The position numbers were made by a program, and so were the translations under genes. Below, piece by piece: positions 1 through 12,547 of a stretch of DNA of 64,000 nucleotides. The notes under the pieces were generated by a model that saw only the letters and a program-made list of their open reading frames with translations, made no database searches and was not told where the DNA came from. This stretch comes from Ruditapes philippinarum (Eukaryota): positions 1-64,000 of the forward strand of contig NW_026857992.1 of the NCBI RefSeq assembly GCF_026571515.1. Direction: 5' to 3'. Numbering within the stretch: position 1 is the stretch's first letter; each line of letters starts with the position of its first letter.

Positions 1-40
1 AAAATGGCCATTTTTCACAATATGCTCATGGGGTTAAAGG
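1..40. mobile_element. End of a TTAA-type (piggyBac-like) MITE continuing upstream
   Basis: Reverse complement resembles the left end of 11947-12547 (CATGAGCAT.TTGTGAAAAATGGC); followed by TTAA at 41-44. Confidence 0.5.
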
Positions 41-283
41 TTAAACACTGTTACTTAAAATATTGGGTAAAGAAATCATAGTAAAACTAGATTTCAATTT
101 AATTGTTTCTTATCTTTTGCATATTTTTAAGTTAAAATATGCTCTAGTTGATATGGATTTTGAGTTTTAGGTGTTTAGGGTTTTTTACCTCAAAGCTCCA
201 TTAAACTAAATTGAATGAAATATAGATAAAACTGAATGATTAATGGCATATATTGACATATAAATGTGTTGTAAATGTTTCAG

Positions 284-350
284 GTATTAAAGAAGACTAA
301 ACATGTTCTATTTGAGCCTGGAAACAACATAAATGGCCTATTTCAAGCAG
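284..350 (+). CDS. IPO13: Importin-13, internal exon (gene begins upstream of window)
   Basis: tttcag|...|gtaatt boundaries; VLKKTKHVLFEPGNNINGLFQA(G); 67 nt, phase joins the next exon; aligns from memory with the IPO13 C-terminal region. Confidence 0.8.
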
Positions 351-1361
351 GTAATTATAAACCCTTTTCCCCCTGAATATCTTAAATGGACTTGTCTATC
401 TTTAAAAAAAAAGACAAAACCATTCATCTATTTAGGGAAAATTCCAAAATATGTAATGACTGAATGTTGAGTTGTACAGACAAAGCGAATATTGCAGACC
501 GTGAAGATGTGCTGGCTGATCTTGGTCTTCATTGTTTGTATGGGTAGAATTTTTTGCCACCAGCTAAGGGTTAAGGGAGAGGGTCCTCACCAAGTCTGTT
601 GCACAACTGGTGTACTGCGAATTCACTTATATTCGTGGGCATGAAATTTCGTAGTTTTATCAAAACGGGCATTTTCAGGGGTTCTTAAATTCGTGGATTT
701 TCATTTTCTTGTAAAAAAATAAATAACCTAATGAAAAGTAATCTTACAATTAATCGCCGCGCATTTTTACTTACCGCATGAACATATCTTTATGTATCAC
801 ATAGCGCTTGTCAATAATCTAATATTAATCCTTGCCTCTAGGCATAACATAAAGATAGCATTTACTGCCGATAATTGACTGCAATTAACACATTTAGATG
901 ACATGATATGCAGCTCCAGTGTACACACTGCCCCTGTGATTCGCCGATGTAAACATTGCATAATTTATACGACCCCTGACACGTTTTAACCAGCGAGTTT
1001 AAAAAGTTTACACCCTGAATGGGTCTTTCTATATTTGACAGTAATACACGCAACATCACATCGACTGTGTAAATTTACATGCATATGAATTGATATGAGT
1101 AAATAATACGAGATTGTGCGGATATATTAAGAAGTCGGCAGCATCTTTGATGTTTACGGAATGGCAGTTTAAATTTCATTTAAACTGGATCATTTGAAGA
1201 CGACAAAAGGATGTACAATTTATCCGTTTTAGTGATAGTTTATTATATTTTTGTGTACTTAACTAACAACATTAATATAAAGATTTCTTTAATTCTATTA
1301 ACAATAAATAAGAGCAAACTGACAATTTATATTAGCGCTAATTATTGCACTGGTTTCTTAT

Positions 1362-2481
1362 TTTTAGCTCGACTTTTTTTTTTTTGAAAAAAAAAGTAGA
1401 GGTATTGTTATAGTCACGGCGGCGTTGCCGTCCGCAAACTTGTACCTGGATCATAACTTTTTTATTTCTTTGTGTATTGTCTTCATACTTGGCCACAACA
1501 ACCCTTGGGACAAGACCTTTCAGTAGACCACACTAACCTTGACCTTCATCCATAAATGACCTTGACCTTCAAGGTTAAAAGTCCAAATTTTGCTTGTTCA
1601 TGCTGTTATTGGCTGTAACTTTGTTATTTTTGAATGGATTGTCTTCAAACTTGAACATAATAATCTTCAAGGATATCCCTTAAAAATAACCTGACAGACC
1701 TTGACCTTCACTCATAAATGACCTTGACTTTGAAGGTCAAATTATTGAAATTTTCATGTTTTTGGCTATAATTGGCTGTAACTTTGTTATTTTTGAATGG
1801 ATTGTCTTCAAACTTGAACATAATAATCTTCAAGGATAACCCTTAAAAATAACCTGACAGACCTTGACCTTCACTCATTAATGACCTTGACTTTGTTTTG
1901 GCTGTAACTGGCTGTTACTTTGCTATTATTGAAGGGATCAACTTCATATTATAACAGAACATACTTAAAGACAAGACCTTGTTGTTTATCGTGACTTCAC
2001 CACGTGACTCCACCACGTGACTTCACCACGTGACTCCACCACGTGACTCCACCACGTGACACCACCACGTGACTCCACCACGTGACTCCACCACGTGACT
2101 CCACCACATGACTCCACCACGTGACTCCACCACGTGACTCCACCACGTGACTCCACCACGTGACTCCACCACGTGACTCCACCACGTGACTCCACCACGT
2201 GACTCCACCACGTGACTCCACCACGTGACTCCACCACGTGACTCCACCACGTGACTTCACCACGTGACACCACCACGTGACTTCGAATTGCGTGTCTCTA
2301 TTTATTTATATATAAATAAGTAAATTTATATATATATTATATATAGACAAAACTAAAGTGACAAGACAGAATGATTAATTTTATAAAAAGGAAACGTTAA
2401 TATTTGTTCAAACATTTCTTTGTTTGCTTTTTGAGAAAGTAAAAAGTTGAACGTTGCCCCTGCCCAGCGGTGGCTCTTGTT
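1362..2481 (+). mobile_element. Helentron-like non-autonomous element nested in 615-2834
   Basis: TTTTAGCTCGAC start, GGCGTTGCCGTCC tract, degenerate TGACCTTGACC core repeats, CTCTTGTT end; same architecture as 4830-6266. Confidence 0.65.
1990..2283. repeat. 13-bp minisatellite (CACGTGACTCCAC)n, ~22 copies
   Basis: CACGTG every 13 bp from 2001 to 2274, with one CACATG variant; source of spurious ORFs 1986-2276. Confidence 0.95.
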
Positions 2482-2969
2482 ACTCGATTATGTCAAGTAT
2501 TCTGGATAGCACAATCAAGTAGCCTACAACAATTAAGCATCTTCAGTGATGTGTATATACGACCGAAATTCAGGACATATAATCGACTTTCCTTTCAAGT
2601 TTCTTAAATATTGCAAACCTAAACTATTTATAGATTTAATCTGTCACTCACCTGATTATCTGTATACCATCATAACACAATAATCAACCGAAAAAGCGAT
2701 GACGCATGTATAGAATAGAGACATGGTTAGAAGTAATTCTTGGGATAAAATTTCGCTGGATTTTAAATCCGTGGATTGACCTACCTACGAAAACCATGAA
2801 AATTCGTGCCCCACGAATAATAATGATTTTACAGTATATAAATTTGTTTCACGTTTGAGTGATTGTAAAAAAGTTTGTGAAAGTGTGCATATTTGTACAA
2901 TAATCTGCAGGTATTTTTAGAGAGGACTATTTCTAGATAAATTAAATACTATGAAATATGTCAGCTCTT

Positions 2970-4147
2970 TTTTATATGCCCGAAAGAATTTCGGGCATAT
3001 TATGTTATACCCCCTGGCGTCCGTCCGTCCGTCCGTCCGTCTGTCCGTCTGTCTATCCGTCCGTCCGTCTGTCCGTCCGTCCGTTAGCAATTTGGTTTCC
3101 GGAGCATAACTTAAGTTCCATTTGACCCACAACATTCAAACTTCATAGGATGATTACCCATATTGGGTAGAAGACCCCTATTGATTTTGGGGTCACAAGG
3201 TCAAAGGTCAAGGTCACTATCACCTTAAAACTGAAAACAGTTTCCGGAGCATAACTTAAGTTTCATTTGGCCCACAACATTAAAACTTCATAGGATGATT
3301 GTCTATATTGGGTAGAAGACCCCTATTGATTTTGGGGTCACAAGGTCAAAGGTCAAGGTCATTATCACCTTAAAACTGAAAACAGTTTCCGGAGCATAAT
3401 TTAAGTTCCATTTGGCCCACAGTGTTCAAACTTCATAGGATGATTGTCCATATTGGGTAGGAGACCCCTATTGATTTGTGGGTCACAAGGTCAAAGGTCA
3501 AGGTCACTATTACTTTAAAACTGAAAACAGTTTCCGGAGCATAACTTTATTTCTATTTGGCCCACAAGATTCAAACTTCATAGGATGATTGTCCATATTA
3601 GGTAGAAGACCCCTAATGATTTTGGGGTCACAAGGTCAAAGGTCAAGGTCACTATCACCTTAAAACTGAAAACTGGTTTCCGGAGCATAATTTAAGTTCC
3701 ATTTGGCCCACAGTGTTCAAACTTCATAGGATGATTGTCCATATTGGGTAGAAGACCCCTATTGATTTTGGGGTCACTAGGTCAAAGGTCAAGGTCACTA
3801 TTACCTCAAAACTGAAAACAGTTTCTGGAGCATAATTTAAGTTCCATGTGACCCACAGTGTTCAAACTTCACAGGATAAATGTCCATATTGGGTAGGAGA
3901 CCCCTATTGATTTTTGGGTCACAAGGTCAAAGGTCAAGGTCACTATTACTTTAAAACTGAAAACAGTTTTCGGAGCATAACTTAATTTCTATTTGGCCCA
4001 CAATATTCAAACTTTATAGGAGGATTGCTATTGGAAGGAGGTAATACTTTATTTAATTTATGTAATGTCTTACAAATGCTTCATCCTTAATATATAAAAA
4101 AAGAACACTTTCGGGCATATAATGCTCCGCCTAGCGGTGCTCTTGTT
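2970..4147 (+). mobile_element. Helentron-like non-autonomous element with 145-bp core repeats
   Basis: ATATGCCCGAAA-GAA-TTTCGGGCATAT 5' hairpin, (GTCC)n, ~6.4 x 145-bp repeats, 3' TTTCGGGCATAT, small hairpin, CTCTTGTT end. Confidence 0.85.
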
Positions 4148-4617
4148 ATAATTTCTTCTACTTTTCATAGTTTTAGCTCTCCTTTCACTTTCCTGTAATC
4201 GTTGAGTGAAGTCTCTATAAAATCGTTTTGTAACTTTTCTGCATCCTCTTACAAACATTTCTGTTTTGTAACCTCTTTGTTATTTATCTATAACTTTTTA
4301 TAACATATCTGTAAAAACCTATTCTGCATTCTCTCTGTAACTTTTGTATAACTATAACATATCGGTAACTCTCCAACTGTTCTGTATTCTCTATAACTGT
4401 TCTATATCATACTTGTCACTCTCCAAAGTTCTGAGTTCTCTGGGTAACTTTTGTATAACTGTGCTGTCACTTCTCATTGTTTAACTATCGATAAATTCTC
4501 TTAACTTTTCTTTAACTGTATAACTTTTCTGTAACTATAACATAACTTTACATTGATATTTCATGACTGGGATTCATGATTGATTACAGCTTTTATATTT
4601 ACTATTATCATCTTCAG

Positions 4618-4676
4618 GTATGGTGGGCATGTCATTACCTGAAAATCATACAGTGAAAGCTTCCTGTTTATTCCTG
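4618..4676 (+). CDS. IPO13: Importin-13, internal exon
   Basis: tcttcag|...|gtaagt; (G)MVGMSLPENHTVKASCLFL, matching the IPO13 'PEAPTVKASCGFF' motif. Confidence 0.88.
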
Positions 4677-4829
4677 GTAAGTTTTTATAATCATTTTTAT
4701 CTTTTGTTTGGCAGATGTATTAGAGTTTTCAGCCTAATTTTCTCGTTACCGTGTTGAGATATTTCAGTACATATCTGTATTACGAACATTCTTTATCTAG
4801 TAAACTTGAGATAATTTTGCTGATCTGTT

Positions 4830-6266
4830 TTTAGCTCGACTATTCGAAGAATATGAGAGCTATTGTAGTGGCGTCGGCGTCAGCGTCCTCGTCGGCGTCT
4901 GCGTTGGTTAAAGTTTTTTGTAAAGTCAAATATCTCAATTATTGCTTGAGATATTCAATTGAAACTTACAATACTTATTTATAGTAACAAGGTACATCAG
5001 ATTGACAAGTTGGATAACTCTGCCTACAATATTGACAGAATTATGCCCCTTTTTAACTTAGAATTTTTGGTTAAAGTTTTTTGTATAGTCAAATATCTCA
5101 ATTATTGTTTGAGATATTCAATTGAAACTTACAATACTTATTTATAGTAATAAGGTTCATCAGATTGACAAGTTGGATAACTCTGCCTACAATATTGACA
5201 GAATTATGCCCCTTTTTAACTTAGAAATTTTGGTTAAAGTTTTTTGTAAAGTCAAATATCTCAATTATTGCTTGAGATATTCAATTGAAACTTACAGTAC
5301 TTATTTATAGTAACAAGGTACATCAGATTGAGAAGCTGGATAACTCTGTCTACAATATTGACAGAATAATGCCCCTTTTTAACTTAGAAATTTTGGTTAA
5401 AGTTTTTTTGTAAAGTCAAATATCTCAATTATTGCTTGAGATATTCAATTGAAATTTACAATACTTTTTTATAGTAACAATGTACATCATTTTGCAAAAT
5501 TGCATAACTCTGTCTGCAATATTTGCAGAATTATTTGCCCCTTTGAAACTTAGAAATTTTGGTTAAAGGTTAAAGGTCTTCAAAGATATTTACTTGAAAC
5601 TTTACACATGTACTGAGGGTCATAATTTGTGGGTCATAACTGTATGTCACTGACCAAGTTCCATAACTCTATCTTGTATTAAGGCTGATTCATATCCCCT
5701 TTTCTACTGTCTCCTGGTTAATGTTTACATGCAAGTTTTACATATCTCAATAACTATTAAAGATATTTATTTAAAACTTCACATATGCATTTAGGGTCAG
5801 AATTGTAGGTCACTGACAAAGATCCATAATTCTATCTTGCATTTAGGCTGATTTTTCTTCCCTTTTTCAACTTAGAAATTCATGGTAAAGTTTTACTTGT
5901 AAGCTGTTATCTCCATAACTACTGAAAGGTTTGTGCCTTTTTTGGGACAATTTTATGCATTCATAATAATAAAGCAGTGATTTACTTGATAAAACATCTT
6001 AATAACAAGCCTTTGTACCTTTTCTGTCAATTTTATGTATGCATAGGTAATTAGTATTATTATACTCAATAAAACACCCTTGTGACATTACCTTCCGAAT
6101 AGTCAAGCCAATACTGTATAATTAGACTCTTTCTAAGGCCTATAACATGAAATTTATAAAAAAAAATTAGCCCTTTTGTGAACTTAGAAAATTTAACATT
6201 ATCAAGGCTCTTTACTATCAAGCACTTAGAATAGTCGAGCATGCTGTCCTACCGACAGCTCTTGTT
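4830..6266 (+). mobile_element. Helentron-like non-autonomous element with 163-bp core repeats
   Basis: AGCTCGACTATTC / GAATAGTCGAGC subterminal IRs, GGCGTC tract, 4 good + degenerate 163-bp repeats, GCTGTC-CTACC-GACAGC hairpin, CTCTTGTT end. Confidence 0.85.
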
Positions 6267-6336
6267 GTTGTAGTTATTATTTCAAGGATCATGTCTGTAG
6301 TCCATGTATGACTAGTGTAATGTTTACTGTTTACAG

Positions 6337-6423
6337 ACAGAATTGATCTCACAGAAAGACGTGGTTGTGGTACAAGAGGTGGTCATGTCACAGGGGGAAG
6401 TACTTCTTGACAGGATCATGAGG
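6337..6423 (+). CDS. IPO13: Importin-13, internal exon
   Basis: ttacag|...|gtatgt; TELISQKDVVVVQEVVMSQGEVLLDRIMR, 87 nt, phase 0-0. Confidence 0.85.
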
Positions 6424-6433
6424 GTATGTATAC

Positions 6434-6672
6434 ATCAGCTGTGTCACGACAAAACCAACAAAGTGGTTTTGCGACCAGCATGGATCCAGACCAGCCTGTG
6501 TATCCGCGCAGTCTGATCAGGATCCGTGCTGTTGGCTATTAGTTTCTCTACTTGTTAAAGGGTTTGTAAGCGAACAGCATGAATCCTGATCAGACTGCGC
6601 GGATGCGCAGGCTGGTCTGGATCCATGCTGGTTGCAAACCCATTATGTTGGTTTTGTCATGGGGCGGCTCAT
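6434..6672. mobile_element. Palindromic MITE (family also at 20295-20522)
   Basis: Fold-back element GACAAAACCAAC...GTTGGTTTTGTC with internal CAGCATGGATCCAGACCAGCCTG inverted repeats; lies 10 bp into an IPO13 intron. Confidence 0.8.
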
Positions 6673-7638
6673 ATGTATATTTATCAGGGCACTTTCTCTT
6701 ATTTGAGGGAACAGTACCTGTGTCTGTATGCAAGGAAAGTTCAAGTTGTTTTCTCTTATAGGCAATTTTTTTCTGAACATATATACAAAAGTTTTATTAA
6801 AAAAAAGTTTCGTTCTCGATAAATTAAATTTCAGTAACATTCAGTACAGACATAAACAGTTGAATGAACTATTTTTTGACAATCATGTATATATGTTCTG
6901 GATTGAGCAGGAATTTGCTTGCAAATAAGAGAAAAACAATACTTTTTGGCCAGGGGAATGGTTTCAAATATCAGAATTAAAAAGGGAGATCTAGAGCTTT
7001 TACAATGCTCCCTAAAGTTTGCCTTATAGAATATAATTTCCAGTTTGTCCTCTGTCACACTGACTGTCATTAATAATATCTTAGATGTTAGGTGTGCTTA
7101 TTCTTGACAAAGACCTGTATGATTGTGTCTGGGTTCTTAATTTCATGAATGTTAAAAGTAGATTGCCCTATTTTTCCTACTTTTAAGGCTATATCTTATA
7201 TTTATCAAACACCCCTGAGAAAATTCCATCATGTTAACAATATTCTTGATATTACATTTATCATTAATATCATTAATGTTATTAGAATTGGTGCTGTTAT
7301 TATTATCCTTATCTGTTAAACAAAAACTGACTGCGGATTTGTGAAGAGATGAAATTCAAAAGAATTTATTTATTAAAAAAAGAAAATAATAATAGTTAGA
7401 CGGGGGTGTTGCATCATTTTGTTATTTTACAATATTTCTGAAGAAGACTTAATGTCAAAGCTAAGAAAAGCATTTGTTTTTATTTAACTGATTATATTTT
7501 ATTGAATATGAAATTTTTAGAACATATTCATGTAAACAAGTTGGTTTAGATTATACTGGTGGTATAAGCTGGCCAGTGTTATCAGGGGAAATGGAGAAAT
7601 AATATATAAGTTTTTATTGCTTTTATTCAATGTTTTAG

Positions 7639-7820
7639 GCTATAGGAGGTGAATCTCCACGCATGATCATGGAAAGCATTGCTGATGTGTTGTTCTGCCT
7701 TTCTAAACACTATCTGGAACAAATTAGAATGTGGTCACAAGATTTTGTCACCAAAGAGGGCTACCCAAGTGTACGTTGTACGGGCGATGACAAAGATAGA
7801 TTTATAAAGGCTGTTCTCAG
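7639..7820 (+). CDS. IPO13: Importin-13, penultimate coding exon
   Basis: ttttag|...|gtaatt; AIGGESPRMIMESIADVLFCLSKHY...GYPS...DKDRFIKAVL(R), matching IPO13 'AIGG..SR..MD.FADILF.L.KH'. Confidence 0.92.
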
Positions 7821-8479
7821 GTAATTTATAAAGATACATATATATAGGTTGTTACTAGAGACTGGGTATATTATAGGCTTTTTTCAGGTAATTATTTATA
7901 AAGGCTGTTTTCTGGTAATGAATTAAGATTGGTTTATATGGGCTGTTAACTGAGGCTTAGATTTATATAGGCTGTTGTTATGTAACAGAATGTACTCATG
8001 TCACTTAGTGATTATAGATGCTTAAACCATGTCCCCATAGTGACGTGGAGTCCGAAGTTTTTCTTTAAGAGGAGGCTAACCAGCTAGATTACAGAAGATT
8101 GAAGCAGAACCAACTGATGAGGTCTTACTTCATCTCTTTTACCTGTTAGACTCATGTTTCTGCATTGTAAATATACAAACTGGGATATAGGTTTGGTAAA
8201 TCTTTTTTTGTAAACTTTAAACAGATGCTAAACATTCAAAATTTGTTTTTGAAATTTGTTTTATTCAATAAATTAAAATATTTTGGATAAAAAAAATATT
8301 TTCCCTACCTACCAACTCTACCTAAAATGGCATTGATTGCAGGAGGGGAAACTAAGATGACCATTGAGTCAGTGTCATCACGATTCAGGAAGTCAGTAAA
8401 TCTTTTATTTACCGGTTTTTAAATTGCTGAATAGGTAGGTAGTAGTACTTTATTCATTCTATTCTTTGAATTATTACAC

Positions 8480-8632
8480 CTGGGTTCGAGGTTATAAAAA
8501 AAATGTTCTTAGCTCATACTCATATCTCAGGCATTCGATTGGTCTGAAAACAACACAGAATATACACTGACCAATGAAAATCTTGAAATTTGAGACAGAG
8601 CTCAGGATAAAGTTTTATAACAGTGAGGCCAG
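8480..8632. mobile_element. Small degenerate MITE in the last IPO13 intron
   Basis: CTGG...GTTATAAAA / TTTTATAAC...CCAG termini and internal ATTGGTC/GACCAAT inverted repeat. Confidence 0.5.
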
Positions 8633-8682
8633 ATTTCTTGTCAGCTAAAAATAAACAAAACATAAACATGATTGTATTCCAG

Positions 8683-8791
8683 GGAAAGAACTAGTAAGAC
8701 GAAGGTACGAGCTTTAGTGAAGGAGTTCACGCTACTCTGTCGAGGCTTACTAGGAACAGAGTACGCATCTCAAATGGCAGAACTGATGTGA
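8683..8791 (+). CDS. IPO13: Importin-13, last coding exon with stop
   Basis: ttccag|; (R)ERTSKTKVRALVKEFTLLCRGLLGTEYASQMAELM*, containing the IPO13 C-terminal signature VKEFTLLCRGL.GT.Y; TGA at 8789-8791. Confidence 0.93.
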
Positions 8792-10530
8792 TATTTACCA
8801 TCTTATGAAGATAAAACATTTATTTATTGACAGATCAAATTGCCAGCAAAAAATATAGTATATTTATTTCAGTAGATCTAGATGCCTGTAAGGTTTAGAT
8901 AGAGGATTTGAATGAAATGTTTTTGTAACCTTAGGAACATGATGAATAAAGTTATGATACTGTTTAAAGTTAAATATCATGTTAAAAATGTTAAAAAATT
9001 GTAAATTTCATATAAAGCATTATGCTTTTGTTATAATGTATATTTTTAAACATTTTGAGGTGTTGTTCTGAAATGTCAATGTTAAAACTAGGGCAAAAAA
9101 AAACAGACATTTGAATTATTGCATAATTAGCTTTATTATTTCGTGTTGTGTTGTACAATTTATTATGAAAAGTGCTTGATGAAAATGAAATGCATGAGTA
9201 TTGCTAAATTTAGAGAGAAAAAATAATAAAATTACCTGAAAAGTGCTTATATTTGTAGAAGTGCTACTAATAAATGATTATGTTATATGAAAGATTTATG
9301 TGCTAAATTTGGCTGAAATGCTAAATTTGATTGTAAAGTGCTAAATGTAATTAATAATTTAGTAGATAATATTTAATGTTAAAATATTTTTGCTATAAGT
9401 AACTAGACTTGCTCAGTGTAGCAGAAATGCTAAATTTGATTTAAGGTAGCTCGCTACTTTCCGACCGAAATATGACAACATCTTAGATCTTGATGATTTT
9501 TGGTATGCAAACATATAAATATGTGAGCTTTACTTCTGCAGTATTATTTTATAAATAAACAGCGTTACTATGACGTCAAAGCGCCCTCTATCGGTGGCGG
9601 TGAAATTGCGTCTTTTTTTCAATAAACCGGTCTGTTCTTATCAATTTTCATCCAATTTCCTTCATTTTAATATCATAATGTTCAGTAAATGTATGTCTTT
9701 GTAATGATGTCTTTCTTTAACATTTACTTAATAGTCTGCGATTTTACGTCATTTTTCTTTATGTTCTGACGTCCATATTTGATGCAAATATCGCGCGATA
9801 TCGCGTTAAAGATTGTGTAATAAAAAAGATTCAACACGGTGAATTTTGCTATAATTTTCCGAGCGTGTAGTGAGATAGTGAAGGAAAATATTTATGCAAT
9901 AAAAATATAGGGTCAACGCGTAAGATATTTTGCTATTACTGTTTTAAAATAAAATAAAGGGTGAGTGAAACGTTATGATTTTGGTGACGTTAATAGTTGT
10001 TGGAGTTCAAAGAATAATACCAAATAACAATTTTCTTACGTCAAACATTACGATAGTAAGTATAAACAACACAGGGACTTGATGAAATGTATATTTTTTA
10101 AATTGTTGATTATTTTCTCATTGAAAGCATGCGCTAGATGAGCACATTTACAATTTTTAATCCGACAATCCCTTTTTAAATACTTTTCTAATTTGCAGGA
10201 CACAGTCTCATACATCATTTAATTCTAATTTTATAATGTGATGTTGTTAAAGTGTTATATTATTATATGAATTAACTAGTTTTAGCGCAAAAAATAAAGT
10301 TCACATATTGCTGTATGAATGAAGTAAGAATATTAGGTCGCTTAGCTTATACCCGTAGAATATTTATTTTACGTTACATTCAGCCTTTAAACACTTTCAT
10401 AAAATCACATAAAGGCAGACGAGCCTCGGTGTCAAAACACATCGTAAAAATACAATTCAAATAGATAGGCATACAAATGTGCCGAAATAAGTGATAAATA
10501 AAATTCAGAAATAACATTCAAATATGTTAA

Positions 10531-10859
10531 AGGGACTCCACTGAGGTATTTTGACATGATGGAACTGAAAATATTTTTTCCAGATAAGTTTACCATTTGA
10601 TGTAAGTTTAGACCACGAATCTTTGTGCAAAATTTCAGAGAATTCGCGCACTTCGTTTTTCCAGAATAATTATTCAAAATGCGTTTAAACGCTTTTCACC
10701 CAAATCGGGCTAACAAAAGCATAAAAATACGATTTTCAATTTATTTCAAAGTATATTTTTTAACTATCTTCGCATATATTTCTGTTTAAAGTGCCCAGCT
10801 CATTTATGTAAGAAATTCAAATGTTATGTGTTTGGCTTTTCAACCTCAGTGGAGTCCCT
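10531..10859. mobile_element. TTAA MITE (Kolobok-like), nested
   Basis: TTAA|AGGGACTCCACTGAGGT ... ACCTCAGTGGAGTCCCT|TTAA, perfect 17-bp TIR. Confidence 0.85.
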
Positions 10860-11547
10860 TTAAGAATATTTAAAAACAAACTGTACAAGAAAGAAAGACT
10901 TTTATTTTATTTTTATTTTTGCTTACCATGTTTAAGTCTGTGCAATACATAGATTATATAATTATAATCTAATTAAAATGCCATGATAATTAGAAAATGA
11001 GCACTTATGTGACAAACTATAAACTATTTTGGAAGCAAAATCATACTGAATAAAAAAATATATAAGCATATTCGCAACTGCAGATTCGAATGTGAAACAC
11101 CCAATATAACCATTACTCAACTTGGATTCATTACCGTTTTATCATTACTGTACAGTATAACATAGCGGCCCTCAAAGTATTATTTATTTCTAAAGAGTTC
11201 CACTACATTTTACCTCTGTAGAGCAACCACTCTAGGCAACAAAGGGCATTTTATCTGTAAAGGTTATACTGTATATTTTAATTAAATACAAAATATAATT
11301 ATTAAATAACTTGTGCAACTTTTGTTACCACTGAATACGAATAATGTATTGTGTTGACGTTATCTTGTTCATTTTTTAATACAATACAGTTTGCTTTAAA
11401 ACAAAAAAAAACAAAAAACAAGAAAATAAAACAACCTCAAAACACACACCAACAACACGTGTTTATGATGTTAGCAATAAAATGGACTTCTCCCTTATAA
11501 ACGGAGATCATTATCAGGTTTTTTTTACTTTGAATATTCTTCTGTTG

Positions 11548-11800
11548 CCACGTTGTAATCGGTAAAGTGGTCTTACGCTGAATTCGAAAGGCATGGATTC
11601 GGGACACGATTGCGTATTGTACTAATAGATTATCCTTTAGAATTGTTTACTATGTATGAAATGTTTCAAGGTCCACCTCGGACTGCTGTCATTCAGTTGA
11701 TACTGTGAGAAGCACTGGTTTCGTTAAATTCCCTCCGCTTTAATTGAAATACTGTTGAAAGCGGCGTTAAACCCAATATTAAAAAAATAAAAAGATATAA
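11548..11800 (+). mobile_element. Degenerate tRNA-derived SINE, nested
   Basis: Decayed A/B-box-like head, AAATACTGTTGAAAGCGGCGTTAAACCCAA tail and A-rich end. Confidence 0.5.
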
Positions 11801-11946
11801 AACATAAAATGCATAGTTCATTATTTTCATAGGCTCTACATAGCACTGCATTATGTGCAGACAAAAAAACCGAGCTTCTCCCACAACCATAATCACACAA
11901 ATTGAGGATCCTACATGGTCTTCAATACAAGGGAATCTGTATTTAA

Positions 11947-12547
11947 CCCATTGCTTCATGAGCATTTTGTGAAAAATGGCTGTTTTCATTGAAAAGTCTC
12001 CCGTTACAAGTTCAAATTGCTATAATACTATAAAAACTGTTTCAACACTAATCAAACTTGGCACAAATGTTGACTGGACAATTGCCCTTGCAACAACATG
12101 CTCAGGCTTAAATTTTCTGTTACCATGGCAACGAGGGGACATCTCAAAATTGCCAAAAATCACTATTTTGCGTTGATTTTTTCCATCAAAATTGATTTCA
12201 AAGTGCTGCAACTTCTCAATGGATTGAGATAGAGTCAAATGTTTTTCAGCGTTGGTTACACATTACCTTATGATCAATCTGGGGTCATTTACAGCCTCTC
12301 ACAAGTCCAAAATTTTCTTGGCGATGAGGGGGACTCCGCCCCCCTTCAAACCCCCCAAACGGCAACCCCCTGATGTATCTTTTGGTTGGGGGGCCGCGCC
12401 GAAAAAGAGGTCACTTTTTTTAACAACATTTCTCAAACAAAAACAAGTGTTTGGGGCCTAAATAAGGCATTTTTTCATCATTTGAGACAACAAAAAGGGT
12501 GGGGGGGGTGAAAAAGGCGTTAAAAGGCGTGTATATGAAGTAATGGG
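11947..12547. mobile_element. piggyBac-like MITE, nested
   Basis: TTAA|CCCATTGCTTCAT ... ATGAAGTAATGGG|TTAA. Confidence 0.8.

Larger units (their letters stand above)
615..2834. mobile_element. Non-autonomous TIR DNA transposon with TA TSD
   Basis: Left TA|CTGCGAATTCACTTATATTCGTGGGCATGAAATTTCGTAGTTTT vs right end reverse complement TA|CTGTAAAATCATTATTATTCGTGGGGCACGAATTTTCATGGTTTT. Confidence 0.7.

Noticed and set aside
1986-2276. Three overlapping VTWWSHVVESRGG ORFs
   Set aside because: Artefact of a 13-bp minisatellite that is open in all three minus-strand frames.
4150-4560. Degenerate CTGTAACTTTT-like repeats
   Set aside because: Old low-complexity intronic repeat with no definable unit or function.
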